Shown: positions 36,947 through 46,843 of the stretch, piece after piece
Layout: the number at the start of each line of letters is the position of its first letter
Position numbering within the stretch: position 1 is the stretch's first letter
NCBI GenBank assembly: GCA_020724425.1
Contig: DYGY01000001.1
Location: forward strand, 89,501-153,500
Source: Thermaerobacter marianensis
GTDB taxonomy: Bacteria; Bacillota; Sulfobacillia; DVGY01
Length of the DNA: 64,000 nt
Direction: 5' to 3'
Translations under genes and position numbers: made by a program
The notes under the pieces: generated by a model
Databases searched by the model: none
What the model was told of the DNA's origin: nothing
What the model saw: only the letters and a program-made list of their open reading frames with translations

Positions 36947-37792
36947 ATGGGAATTCGTATCGTTACTGACAGTACTGCTGATTTGCCTAGGGAACTAATT
37001 GAGGAGTTAGGTATTACGGTTGTACCACTTAATGTTCATTTTGGTGATGAGGTGTATAAGGATCAGGTAGAAATTTCAACAGATGAGTTTTTCCATAAGC
37101 TACAGCATGGTGATGTCATGCCAAAGACTTCTCAACCATCACCAGGAGATTTTCTAGAGGTATATAGGGAGCTAAGTGCTGAGGGTGATAGCATTATTTC
37201 TATTCATATTTCTTCTGAGCTTTCCGGTACTCACAACTCAGCTATGTTAGCTAAGGGTATGCTTCCTGAAGCAGATATTAATGTTTTTGATACCAGAAAG
37301 GTTTCTGGTGGTATTGGTCTTTTTGTCATTGAGGCTGCTAGAGCTGTTGAGGCTGGTAAGTCCAAGGAAGAGATTATGGCCATGCTAGAGAATATGCAGG
37401 AAAAGGTACGGGTAATCTTTATTCTGGATAGTCTTGAGTATCTTGAGAAGGGTGGCCGTATTGGTAAGGCCAGTGCCGTACTTGGTTCAATGTTGAGTCT
37501 AAAACCTATTTTAACCATTGAAGAAGGTATTGTTCATTCTAAAGAGAAAGCCCGTGGGTTTAAGAAGGCTAAAAAGAGAATGGTAGAGATGTTTGCTGAA
37601 ACTAATATAGCTACTGGCTCAGATGTAATCATTCTTTATGGTGAATCAGAGACAGAAGATGTTGCCGAAATTAGAGATGCTTTAGTAGCCACAGGAAAGA
37701 CTCAGGATATTCTTGTGAGCAGGGTAGGAGCAGTTATTGGCACCTATTCTGGACCTGGAATTCTTGGTTTGGTGTATCGCGAGGAGGTTTAA
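36947..37792 (+). CDS. fakB: DegV-family fatty-acid-binding protein (FakB)
   Basis: MGIRIVTDSTADLP N-terminus and DegV length. Inserted between fabH and fabD. Confidence 0.8.
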   Translation: MGIRIVTDSTADLPRELIEELGITVVPLNVHFGDEVYKDQVEISTDEFFHKLQHGDVMPKTSQPSPGDFLEVYRELSAEGDSIISIHISSELSGTHNSAMLAKGMLPEADINVFDTRKVSGGIGLFVIEAARAVEAGKSKEEIMAMLENMQEKVRVIFILDSLEYLEKGGRIGKASAVLGSMLSLKPILTIEEGIVHSKEKARGFKKAKKRMVEMFAETNIATGSDVIILYGESETEDVAEIRDALVATGKTQDILVSRVGAVIGTYSGPGILGLVYREEV

Positions 37793-37798
37793 GGTATA

Positions 37799-38728
37799 GT
37801 GGAAAAAACGGCGATTGTTTTTCCCGGTCAGGGAGCTCAATACGTTGGTATGGGTAAGGAATTGGCGGAAGAATTTAAGGTGGTAAGGGATACCTTTGCG
37901 GAGGCTAATGAAGCATTAGGTTATGATCTAGCAGATATTTGCTGGGAAGGACCTAATGATAAGTTGGTGGAAACAGAGGTAACCCAACCCGCTATCCTTA
38001 CAACAAGTGTAGCTATCTGGCGGTTACTTGAAGAACAGGGCTTTGAGTTTGAGATTGGAGCAGGCCTTAGCTTAGGTGAGTATTCAGCTCTGGTGGCAGC
38101 GGGTGCTCTTGATTTTGCTAGCACTGTTCAGCTAGTGACTAAACGGGGTAGGTATATGCAGGAGGCTGTACCACTTGGTACTGGTGGTATGGCAGCCGTG
38201 ATTGGTCTTGATAAGGATACGGTGAATAAGGTTTGTTTACAGGCAGGTATCTATGGCAGGGTTGAACCAGCTAACTTCAATTCACCAGGCCAGATAGTTA
38301 TTTCTGGTGAAAAGAGGGCTTTGGAGGAGGCTGTCAGATTAGCTAAAGAGGCAGGAGCTAAAAGAGCTATTGTTCTAGCTGTTAGTGCTCCTTTCCACTC
38401 TAGTTTGATGAAACCTGCAGCAGAAAGGTTAGCAGAGGATCTGGATATGGTTAGTATTCATGATGCTTTCTGGCCTATTGTTAGCAATGTGGATGCTTTA
38501 CCTGTGCTTGATGGTCAGATTATCAAACCAAAACTTATTCAACAGGTTGATCATCCGGTTTTATGGGATGACTCAGTTAAGACCATGATTAAGAATGGGG
38601 TAAATAGGTTCATTGAAGTGGGACCGGGAACTGCCCTATCAGGCTTCATAAAGAGGATTGCCCCTGGGACTTTGGTTCAAAACGTAGAAGATCTGGCTAC
38701 ACTCAGAAAAGTGTTAGTTATGGTATAA
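37799..38728 (+). CDS. fabD: malonyl-CoA:ACP transacylase
   Basis: FPGQGAQ and GLSLGEYSAL active-site motifs. Confidence 0.9.
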   Translation: MEKTAIVFPGQGAQYVGMGKELAEEFKVVRDTFAEANEALGYDLADICWEGPNDKLVETEVTQPAILTTSVAIWRLLEEQGFEFEIGAGLSLGEYSALVAAGALDFASTVQLVTKRGRYMQEAVPLGTGGMAAVIGLDKDTVNKVCLQAGIYGRVEPANFNSPGQIVISGEKRALEEAVRLAKEAGAKRAIVLAVSAPFHSSLMKPAAERLAEDLDMVSIHDAFWPIVSNVDALPVLDGQIIKPKLIQQVDHPVLWDDSVKTMIKNGVNRFIEVGPGTALSGFIKRIAPGTLVQNVEDLATLRKVLVMV

Positions 38729-38761
38729 GGTACTTGATTTTGATTAGGGGGGTCTGCTAAT

Positions 38762-39514
38762 ATGATAGCCGGAGATATTCAGGGTCAGGTAGCTGTTGTT
38801 ACCGGTGCTTCAAGAGGTATCGGTAAGGCTATAGCTATCTACCTAGCAGGTATGGGAGCTAGAGTTGTAATTAACTACAGAAGTAGTGATACAAAGGCTC
38901 TTATGGTGGTAGATGAGATTAAGGCTAATAATGGTGAAGCTATTGCAATAAAGGCAGATGTTTCTGTATATACAGAAGCAGAAGAGCTCATTAATAGGAC
39001 AGTTGAGGAGTATGGGCAAATTGATATCCTTATTAATAATGCGGGTATCACCAGAGATAATCTCTTGTTGCGGATGAAGGAAGAGGATTGGGATGCTGTC
39101 TATACTACCAATCTCAAGGGTGCTTTTAATTGCAGCAAGGTAGCTCTAAAGCCCATGTTTAAGAAACGTAGGGGTAAGATTATTAATATCGCCTCTATTG
39201 CTGGCCTAATGGCTAATCCCGGACAGGTAAATTACAGTGCCGCTAAAGCGGGTATGATTGGGATGACAAGATCCCTAGCAGCTGAGGTGGCTTCAAGGAA
39301 TATAACTGTGAATGCAGTTGCACCGGGATTAATAGATACAGAGATGATTACCGATATTCCTGAAAAGACTAGGATAGAGATGATAAAAGGCATTCCGTTG
39401 GGACGCCTAGGAAACCCAGAAGAGATAGCTCAACTGGTAGGCTTCCTGGCATCTCCTGCGGGTGACTATATTACAGGACAGACCTTTGTAATTGATGGAG
39501 GATTGTCATTGTAG
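38762..39514 (+). CDS. fabG: 3-oxoacyl-ACP reductase
   Basis: [10 protein letters not shown] Rossmann motif and YSAAK catalytic motif. Confidence 0.9.
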   Translation: MIAGDIQGQVAVVTGASRGIGKAIAIYLAGMGARVVINYRSSDTKALMVVDEIKANNGEAIAIKADVSVYTEAEELINRTVEEYGQIDILINNAGITRDNLLLRMKEEDWDAVYTTNLKGAFNCSKVALKPMFKKRRGKIINIASIAGLMANPGQVNYSAAKAGMIGMTRSLAAEVASRNITVNAVAPGLIDTEMITDIPEKTRIEMIKGIPLGRLGNPEEIAQLVGFLASPAGDYITGQTFVIDGGLSL

Positions 39515-39540
39515 GTGACAGTGGGAAAGGGGGTGTAGGT

Positions 39541-39777
39541 ATGGCTGATGAAATCTTTGATAAAGTTAAAGCTATTATTGTAGAACAACTCGGAGTAGAT
39601 GAGGAAGATATTGAGGCAGGAGCCACATTTCTTGATGATTTAGGTGCAGACTCCCTTGATATCGTAGAACTCATTATGGCCCTTGAAGAGGAGTTTGACT
39701 TGGAGATCCCTGATGAGGATGCAGAGAAAATCGTAACTGTTGGGGATGCTGTAGAGTATATTAAGAACAATGCTTAG
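39541..39777 (+). CDS. acpP: acyl carrier protein
   Basis: [19 protein letters not shown] with the phosphopantetheine Ser. Confidence 0.95.
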   Translation: MADEIFDKVKAIIVEQLGVDEEDIEAGATFLDDLGADSLDIVELIMALEEEFDLEIPDEDAEKIVTVGDAVEYIKNNA

Positions 39778-39796
39778 AGAGTGATGGAGATATATC

Positions 39797-39829
39797 GGTC
39801 CCGCGGTAAATAGGCTTTTCTGCGGGACC
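39797..39829 (+). other. stable stem-loop between acpP and fabF (8-bp GC stem, 17-nt loop, no U tract)
   Basis: GGTCCCGC ... GCGGGACC. Confidence 0.4.
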
Positions 39830-39854
39830 ATTGTTCAATATAGGAGGGTGAGTG

Positions 39855-41120
39855 GTGACTCAGAAGTTATATGACTTAAAAGGTCGGCCAAGGATTGTTG
39901 TGACTGGTATGGGAGCAGTTACACCTAATGGAATTGGTGTTGATGCTTTCTGGCAATCATTGAAATCTGGTCAATCAGGAATTGGGAAAATAACAAGGTT
40001 TGATGCTACTGATTTCCCAAGCAAAATAGGTGGAGAGGTCAAGGGTTTTGAACCTACTGATTATATAGATCGTAAAGAAGCAAGAAGAATGGATAGGTTC
40101 ACTCAGTTAGCTATTGCTTCAGCACACATGGCAATAGCTGATTCGGGGATAGAGATTTCTCCTAAGAAGGCTGATAGAATTGGTGTAACTATCGGTAGTG
40201 GTATTGGTGGGATGGAGACCTTAACTGATCAGTTTGCTGTTCTTGATAGTAAGGGTCCTAACAGGATTAGTCCCTTTTTTGTACCGATGATGATTGCGAA
40301 TATGGCAGCTGGTCAGATTGCTATCACTTTTGGGGCTAAGGGACCAAACGCTACTCTGGTTACTGCCTGCGCTTCCTCTTCCCATGCTTTAGGTGAGGCT
40401 GTAAGGGTTTTGCAACGGGGTGAAGCAGATGTGATGATTAGTGGAGGTAGTGAGGCTGCTTTTGTACCAATTGCTTTTGCAGGCTTTTGTTCTATGAAGG
40501 CTCTTTCTACCAGAAACGATGAACCAGAGAGGGCTTCTAGGCCCTTTGATAAGGAGAGAGACGGTTTTGTAATGGGTGAGGGTTCTGGTATCCTGATTTT
40601 GGAGACCTTAGAGCATGCACTGAACAGGGATGCCAAGATTTATGGAGAGATTGTCGGTTATGGTTCAACTGCAGATGCCTATCATATAACGGCTCCAGAA
40701 CCAGAGGGTGAAGGTGGAGCAAGATCAATGGAGATGGCAATAAGGGATGCATCCTTAGAACCTACAGAGGTTGACTATATTAATGCTCATGGTACATCTA
40801 CTCCTCAGGGTGATATTGGTGAAACCCTTGCTATCAAGCGGGTATTTGGTGACCATGCCTATAAGCTATTGGTTAGCTCTACAAAGTCAATGACAGGTCA
40901 CCTATTAGGAGCGGCTGGTGCCATTGAAACTATAGCTAGTATTCTAGCAATATCTGAAGGAATAATACCACCGACGATTAATCTTGAGAATCCTGATGGA
41001 GAATGTGATCTTGATTATGTACCTAATATCGCCAGGAAGGCTGATATATCGGTTGCCCTGACAAATAGTTTTGGCTTTGGAGGTCAGAATGCAACCCTCA
41101 TCATTAAGAAATATCAGTGA
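39855..41120 (+). CDS. fabF: 3-oxoacyl-ACP synthase II
   Basis: KAS II motifs (ACASS, two His, GHLLGAAG). GTG start 6 nt after AGGAGGG. Confidence 0.9.
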   Translation: MTQKLYDLKGRPRIVVTGMGAVTPNGIGVDAFWQSLKSGQSGIGKITRFDATDFPSKIGGEVKGFEPTDYIDRKEARRMDRFTQLAIASAHMAIADSGIEISPKKADRIGVTIGSGIGGMETLTDQFAVLDSKGPNRISPFFVPMMIANMAAGQIAITFGAKGPNATLVTACASSSHALGEAVRVLQRGEADVMISGGSEAAFVPIAFAGFCSMKALSTRNDEPERASRPFDKERDGFVMGEGSGILILETLEHALNRDAKIYGEIVGYGSTADAYHITAPEPEGEGGARSMEMAIRDASLEPTEVDYINAHGTSTPQGDIGETLAIKRVFGDHAYKLLVSSTKSMTGHLLGAAGAIETIASILAISEGIIPPTINLENPDGECDLDYVPNIARKADISVALTNSFGFGGQNATLIIKKYQ

Positions 41121-41130
41121 GAGGGAATGA

Positions 41131-41835
41131 TTGATGGACAAGACTGAAAGATTTGTAAAAGAGGTATTGTTGTTAGGAACAGAGGGTGAGATCAACCTTG
41201 ACTTATACCTGCAGGCCCTAACACATTCATCATATGTGCATGAACAACCGGAATTAAATCAGATGCATAATGAGCGTTTAGAGTTTCTAGGTGATGCTGT
41301 TTTAGATTTAATTGTAAGTGAGAGAATCTTTCTCCTTTACCCTCATCTACCGGAAGGAAAGCTAAGCAGGATCAGGGCAGGGGTTGTCTGTAGTTCCTGT
41401 CTCGCTGATAGAGCTAAATTGGTTGATTTAGGCTCATATCTTCGGTTAGGTAAGGGTGAAGAGGCCAGTGGTGGCAGAGAGAAAGATACTTTGCTAGCTG
41501 ATGCTTTTGAGGCATTAATAGGTGCCATATATCTTGATAAAGGGTTAAAAAGTGTTGAAGCCTTTGTTATGCCTCTGTTAGAAGAGGGCATTATTGCAGC
41601 TGAAAGTGGTTCATATCTTGATGATTTTAAGAGTGCTTTACAAGAAAGGTTTCAGAAAGAAAGAGGTCTGGTACCAAGATACAGTGTCTTAAGTGAGGAA
41701 GGACCCGATCACAGCAAAATCTTTACCGTTGGAGTCTTTGTTGATAGTGAGATTCTTGGTCAGGGTAAAGGAAGATCAAAGAAAGAAGCAGAACAAAGGG
41801 CAGCTCAATCAGCTTGGCAGGATATAACGGAATAG
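41131..41835 (+). CDS. rnc: ribonuclease III
   Basis: ERLEFLGDAVL RNase III signature and a C-terminal dsRBD. Confidence 0.9.
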   Translation: MMDKTERFVKEVLLLGTEGEINLDLYLQALTHSSYVHEQPELNQMHNERLEFLGDAVLDLIVSERIFLLYPHLPEGKLSRIRAGVVCSSCLADRAKLVDLGSYLRLGKGEEASGGREKDTLLADAFEALIGAIYLDKGLKSVEAFVMPLLEEGIIAAESGSYLDDFKSALQERFQKERGLVPRYSVLSEEGPDHSKIFTVGVFVDSEILGQGKGRSKKEAEQRAAQSAWQDITE

Positions 41836-41918
41836 AAGGAATATCATTGTTTAAGAAGAATATAGATATTCCAAAGGGGCATGTCAGTATTCGACCTGGT
41901 AGAAAAGGAGGCTTCCCT

Positions 41919-42179
41919 GTGGAAGAGTTACGGGTATCTGCCACATCTAGACCGAAATCTGTAGCCGGTGCATTAGCGGCTTTAGTGCGAGAAAAAGGTA
42001 CTGTAGAGATTCAGGCTGTAGGAGCAGGGGCGATCAACCAAACTGTCAAAGCAATAGCTATTGCCAGAGGTTATGTTTCACCAAATGGTATCGACCTTAT
42101 CTGTATACCCGCTTTTTCAGAGATCGAAATTGATGGCAATGTCAAAACGGCTATCCGTTTCATTGTAGAGCCACGTTAA
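41919..42179 (+). CDS. spoVS: stage V sporulation protein S (86 aa)
   Basis: GTG after AAAGGAGG. LRVSATSRPKSVAGALAALVREKGTVEIQAVGAGAINQTVKAIAIARGY...LICIPAF is the SpoVS family pattern. The ORF-track N-terminal extension was rejected. Confidence 0.8.
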   Translation: MEELRVSATSRPKSVAGALAALVREKGTVEIQAVGAGAINQTVKAIAIARGYVSPNGIDLICIPAFSEIEIDGNVKTAIRFIVEPR

Positions 42180-42196
42180 CTAGCGATTAGTGACAG

Positions 42197-42231
42197 GGCC
42201 TGCCTATCCAGAGGGATATGCAGGTCTTTTT
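42197..42231 (+). terminator. terminator after spoVS
   Basis: GGCCTGC ... GCAGGTC stem followed by TTTTTGTGTAATTTTT. Confidence 0.45.
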
Positions 42232-42253
42232 GTGTAATTTTTCCCCCATCCTC

Positions 42254-42262
42254 TGATATAAT
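42254..42262 (+). promoter_or_regulatory. extended -10 promoter element TGaTATAAT upstream of smc
   Basis: Exact TGnTATAAT, weak -35. Confidence 0.4.
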
Positions 42263-42298
42263 AGACGGGTGAACAGGTTTTTAGGAGGCGATTGCTGC

Positions 42299-45200
42299 TT
42301 GTACTTAAGACGGATTGAATTAAGAGGGTTTAAATCATTTGCAGATAAGACCACTTTGGAGTTTGGCCCGGGTATTACCGCGGTTGTTGGTCCAAATGGC
42401 AGTGGTAAAAGCAATGTTGCTGACGCTATTCGCTGGGTTATCGGTGAACAGAGTGCTAGACAACTTAGGGGCTCCAAAATGGAAGATGTAATCTTTTCTG
42501 GTAGTGAGACAAGAAAACCTTTACCAATGGCTCAGGTTTCTTTAACTATGGATAATGAGGATGATACTTTACATACTGACTACAAAGAAATATCCATAAC
42601 TAGAAGACTTGATCGGGCCGGTGGTAGTGAATACTTTTTAAATAAGCGGTTATGTCGCCTTAAAGATATCTCCGAGCTTTTTTATGATACCGGTGTTGGC
42701 AAAGAAGGATACTCCATTATTGGTCAGGGGAGGATTGAAGAGATTCTTTCTGCAAAAGCAGAAGACAGAAGAATTCTTTTTGAAGAAGCTTCAGGGATTA
42801 TTAAATACAAAACAAGAAAAACTGAAGCTCTAAAAAGATTAGAAACCACCAATCAGAAGATGGAGAGAGTTGAAGATATTCTCTGGGAGATTAGTCTTCG
42901 TCTTGGTCCATTGGAAGAAGAAGCTATTAAAGCAGAAAAGGCCAAACAGATACAAAAGGAACTTCAGGAGTTGGAAACAATCCTGTACCTAAAAGAAATT
43001 CAGAAAACGGAAGCAGAAAGAACCAAACTTATTACAAGCATTGAAACTGAAGAGGCTCAGATTCGGGTCCTCCAACAAGAGATTGATAAGGCTGAGGAAT
43101 GTGGACATACCCTAGATGCTAAAAAGGAAAGGGTTGAAAAAGAAAGACTTCTTGTTGAACAGGGGCTTTTAGATATCAAAGCACGTCTAAATACAGCGGA
43201 AAAGGAACAGGCTGTTCTTAAAGAACGTAAGCTTGCTTTGAGCAGAGAGACTAGAAGGTTAGAACAGGAAAAGAAAGCTTTAGAAGACCGCCTAACTGGC
43301 TGGCAGGAAGATAACCAGGTTGAATTGGGTAAATTAGAGGAGTTAAGGGACAGGCTTAGGCTGCTCCAAGAAAAGATTCAGAGCAACGAAGAGAGGCTTT
43401 CTCAGTATGAAAAGGAAATGCTTGACTTAGATAATGAAGCTGAAGAGAGAAAATCCGAACTAATTCAACTTCTAAATGACCTAGCAACAACCAAACATGA
43501 ACAGGAACAAGCTAGAAGAAAAATCGAGCAGAATACCCAGCTTCTACAACGGCAGAAGGAAGAAAAAGAGAAATTAGCACAGAAGCGGCAACTGTTAGAA
43601 GAAAGGCTTTCTTTGGTTAAAGAAGAGATAGAGAGTCTCATAAAGGAACAAAACAGGATTCAAGACGAGATGAAGAGACTACATGTTAAGCGTGGGGAGC
43701 ATACCTCTGAGCTAGTCAGGATTAAAAGCCAGGGATCCTCTATGGTTGAAGGGCTTAACAAAAAGGAGAACCGTCTTAATTTCCTCTTAGATTTGCAGGC
43801 AAGTTATGAGGGGTATTTTAGTGGTGTTAAGGCAGTGTTAAAACAGAGAGACCAGGGGAAAAACCAGGTTTTTGGTGTTGTTGCAGAGTTAATTAAGGTA
43901 CCAGAATATTTAGAGACCGCTATTGATGTGGCTTTAGGCGCTAATATTCAGAATGTAGTTGTTGAGTCAGCAAAAGAGGCACAAGAGATTATCGATACCC
44001 TAAAACAGAATCAGAGTGGTCGGGCAACTTTCTTGCCTTTAGACATTATTCAACCGGCAAGAGCTGGCAGTGAGGAAGAAGGGGTTACTAGCATGGATGG
44101 TTCGTTGGGCTGGGCTAGTGATCTCATTGATTATGACTCCAAGATAGCTCATGCTATCAGTCATCTGCTAGGTAGGGTCCTGATAGCTAAAGATCTGACG
44201 GTAGGTCGCAGGTTAGCTAAAGCTTCAGGCTATCGTTTCCGTATAGTAACTCTTGATGGTGAAGTTATTCACACTGGTGGAGCTATGACAGGTGGTAATA
44301 ACAGCAGAAAGAGTAATCTTTTATCTAGGGAAAGAGAAGTCAGTGCCCTTGAAAAAGAAATTACTAGAGAAAAGCAGGAACTCTCAAAACTGTTAGGACT
44401 GGTTACAGATGTCGAAAAGTCTTTGGAACAGGTGGAAACAAGGTTAACTGAATATACTCAGATGCTGCATAATATTCAGCTTGATTTACGAGAAAAGACT
44501 GAGCAGGAACGGAGTATATCTAGTGAACTACAGACAAGTATTGAAAGAGAAGAACTCTTGCTGTTTGACTTAACAGATACTTACAAGTTAGAAGAAGAGA
44601 GTCAAAAAGAGGTACAGGCTATCCAAAAGAGGTTTGAAGAACTAACAGAAGTTAAAGAGTCCCTAGAAAGAAATATGGCCCAGGGTAAGGAAGATATTCT
44701 TGCCATTAAAAGAAAACAGGAGTTAGTTAACAAGGAACTTCTAAATGACAAGATGAATCACTCTGCCTTAGAACAAGAGGAACGGAGTCTATTACAATGG
44801 GAAGAAAGAGCCAATGCCGAAAAGGATAAGATTGTTCAGGAACTTAAGCAAAGAGAAAAAGAGTTATCTGAAAGCCTCTTACAGACAGAAGCCATTCAGA
44901 AGAGATTAATAGACCTTCAAGAAACTATTGCACAGTTGGCTCGGGAACATGGTGAAAAAAGTAGTGATACACAAGGTTTACTAGAACAGCAAAAAAACTA
45001 TACTGAAAAACTTAAAGAAAATGATAGGGTCTTAAAGGATATTAAGAACAGGCAGGATAGGCATAGAGAGGTTCTCCACAATTTAAGGGTGAGTTTTGAG
45101 AGAGCAGATGTTGCTTTTCAAAACCTCATTGAAAGACTTAAAGAAACTCAAGGAGTTGAATATACCGGTTTCCACGACCATGAAGAAAAGATGGTAGGTA

Positions 45201-45844
45201 AGGCGGATGTGGATAAACTAAGGACGGAGTTAAGGGACCTTGGAGAAGTAAATCCCCAGGCTATCGATGAATTTAAAGAACTTAGTGAGAGAGAGGCTTT
45301 CTTAAGGAAACAGTATGATGATCTCAATCGGGCTAAGGAAGCTCTTTATGCGGTCATAAGTGGCATGGATAAGAAGATGCTAAAGATGTTTGATGAAACC
45401 TTTGGTTCGTTAAGGACTGCCTTCCAACAGGTGTTTAAGGAGCTTTTTGGTGGCGGTAGAGCAGATTTAGTATTGATTGATAATGAAGATCCTTTATCTT
45501 CAGGGGTTGATATTTTGGCAGAGCCACCTGGTAAGAAGCTACAGCATCTCTCTTTGCTTTCTGGTGGAGAGAAGTCGCTGACAGCTATAGCACTGCTATT
45601 TGCCTTGTTGAAGGTTAAGCCAACACCGTTCTGTGTTCTAGATGAGATTGATGCAGCTCTTGATGAAGTTAATGTGAGCAGGTATGCCCATTATCTTAGC
45701 AATTTTGCACATGATACGCAATTTATCATCATTACCCATCAAAAAACAACAATGTTAGCTGCTGATGCTCTTTATGGTGTGTCGATGGATGGAGAAGGTA
45801 TTTCAAAGTTAGTATCTGTTAAGCTGAGTGAAGAGGCTAGTTAG
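42299..45844 (+). CDS. smc: chromosome segregation SMC protein
   Basis: TTG start (MYLRRIELRGFKSF) 10 nt after AGGAGG. Walker A GPNGSGKSN, long coiled coils, hinge, and a C-terminal LSGGEKSLTA / D-loop. Confidence 0.9.
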   Translation: MYLRRIELRGFKSFADKTTLEFGPGITAVVGPNGSGKSNVADAIRWVIGEQSARQLRGSKMEDVIFSGSETRKPLPMAQVSLTMDNEDDTLHTDYKEISITRRLDRAGGSEYFLNKRLCRLKDISELFYDTGVGKEGYSIIGQGRIEEILSAKAEDRRILFEEASGIIKYKTRKTEALKRLETTNQKMERVEDILWEISLRLGPLEEEAIKAEKAKQIQKELQELETILYLKEIQKTEAERTKLITSIETEEAQIRVLQQEIDKAEECGHTLDAKKERVEKERLLVEQGLLDIKARLNTAEKEQAVLKERKLALSRETRRLEQEKKALEDRLTGWQEDNQVELGKLEELRDRLRLLQEKIQSNEERLSQYEKEMLDLDNEAEERKSELIQLLNDLATTKHEQEQARRKIEQNTQLLQRQKEEKEKLAQKRQLLEERLSLVKEEIESLIKEQNRIQDEMKRLHVKRGEHTSELVRIKSQGSSMVEGLNKKENRLNFLLDLQASYEGYFSGVKAVLKQRDQGKNQVFGVVAELIKVPEYLETAIDVALGANIQNVVVESAKEAQEIIDTLKQNQSGRATFLPLDIIQPARAGSEEEGVTSMDGSLGWASDLIDYDSKIAHAISHLLGRVLIAKDLTVGRRLAKASGYRFRIVTLDGEVIHTGGAMTGGNNSRKSNLLSREREVSALEKEITREKQELSKLLGLVTDVEKSLEQVETRLTEYTQMLHNIQLDLREKTEQERSISSELQTSIEREELLLFDLTDTYKLEEESQKEVQAIQKRFEELTEVKESLERNMAQGKEDILAIKRKQELVNKELLNDKMNHSALEQEERSLLQWEERANAEKDKIVQELKQREKELSESLLQTEAIQKRLIDLQETIAQLAREHGEKSSDTQGLLEQQKNYTEKLKENDRVLKDIKNRQDRHREVLHNLRVSFERADVAFQNLIERLKETQGVEYTGFHDHEEKMVGKADVDKLRTELRDLGEVNPQAIDEFKELSEREAFLRKQYDDLNRAKEALYAVISGMDKKMLKMFDETFGSLRTAFQQVFKELFGGGRADLVLIDNEDPLSSGVDILAEPPGKKLQHLSLLSGGEKSLTAIALLFALLKVKPTPFCVLDEIDAALDEVNVSRYAHYLSNFAHDTQFIIITHQKTTMLAADALYGVSMDGEGISKLVSVKLSEEAS

Positions 45845-45855
45845 GAGGAAACCCA

Positions 45856-46794
45856 GTGAGTGAAGGATTTTTAGGTAGGCTAAAACAGAGTCTTAGCAAG
45901 ACCAGAGAGAGTCTTGTAGGTAAGGTTCAGAATGTTCTAGGTGGCAAAACCGTTATTGATGAAGAACTATATGAGGAATTAGAAGAAATACTCATTCAGG
46001 CCGATATAGGTTTTGCTACAACAGAAAAGATTCTTGATAATTTGCGAGATACAATTAGAGAACGTAAGATTACTGACCCTCAGGATATTGTTGGGTTGTT
46101 AAAGGAACAAATAGAGGAGCTTTTAATAGAAGATGTTCAGATTGATAAGGAACCTCTTAAGAATGATCCTCTTGTTATTATGGTGGTTGGTGTTAATGGC
46201 GTAGGTAAGACTACTAGTATTGGCAAGATAGCTAATCTGTACAGGAGTGAGGGCCAGAGGGTTATTTTAGGTGCCGGTGATACCTTTAGAGCAGCAGCAA
46301 TTGATCAGCTTAAGGTCTGGGCTGATAGAGCCGATGTTGATATTATAAGTCATCAACCCGGGGCTGATCCTGCAGCTGTAGCCCATGACACCATTCAGGC
46401 TGCTAAGGCTAGAGGGTCAGATGTGGTAATTATTGATACAGCAGGTAGGTTGCATACTAAGGTTAACTTAATGGAAGAGCTTAAGAAGATTGAAAGGGTT
46501 ATCAAAAAGAGTATTCCTGATGGACCCCATCAGACTCTATTAGTGTTAGATGCAGAAACCGGTCAGAATGCTGTACAACAGGCCAAGACCTTTAGTGATG
46601 CGGTAGATATTTCGGGGATAGTATTGACTAAATTGGATGGCACTGCCAAGGGTGGAATAATTCTTGCTATAAAGGATACCCTAGGTATTCCTGTCAAGTA
46701 TATTGGTATAGGTGAAAAAATTGATGACTTAAAGCCATTTGCAGCAGATGCATTCCTTGAGGCATTGTTCGCTGATTTGTCTGTTTCTAAATAA
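45856..46794 (+). CDS. ftsY: signal recognition particle receptor
   Basis: NG domain with GVNGVGKTT, DTAGR and TKLDG motifs. Confidence 0.9.
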   Translation: MSEGFLGRLKQSLSKTRESLVGKVQNVLGGKTVIDEELYEELEEILIQADIGFATTEKILDNLRDTIRERKITDPQDIVGLLKEQIEELLIEDVQIDKEPLKNDPLVIMVVGVNGVGKTTSIGKIANLYRSEGQRVILGAGDTFRAAAIDQLKVWADRADVDIISHQPGADPAAVAHDTIQAAKARGSDVVIIDTAGRLHTKVNLMEELKKIERVIKKSIPDGPHQTLLVLDAETGQNAVQQAKTFSDAVDISGIVLTKLDGTAKGGIILAIKDTLGIPVKYIGIGEKIDDLKPFAADAFLEALFADLSVSK

Positions 46795-46796
46795 AA

Positions 46797-46830
46797 TTTT
46801 AACTGTTAAGGTAAAAGCCTTGACAGTTAA
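46797..46830. other. 13-bp-stem hairpin (one mismatch) between ftsY and ylxM
   Basis: TTAACTGTTAAGG-taaaag-CCTTGACAGTTAA. No U tract on the + strand, but followed by TTTTATTT when read on the minus strand. Confidence 0.4.
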
Positions 46831-46843
46831 CGGGAGGGCTGTT

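Noticed and set aside
42269-42298. GTG at 42269 as the smc start.
   Set aside because: It has no RBS and lies 7 nt from the -10. The TTG at 42299 with AGGAGG gives the canonical SMC N-terminus. I could not fully exclude a leaderless start, so it is mentioned in the findings.
46739-46843. N-terminal extension of the ylxM ORF into the ftsY 3' end.
   Set aside because: YlxM family proteins are ~110 aa. The ATG at 46844 has a GGGAGGG RBS. The extension crosses the ftsY stop and a large hairpin.
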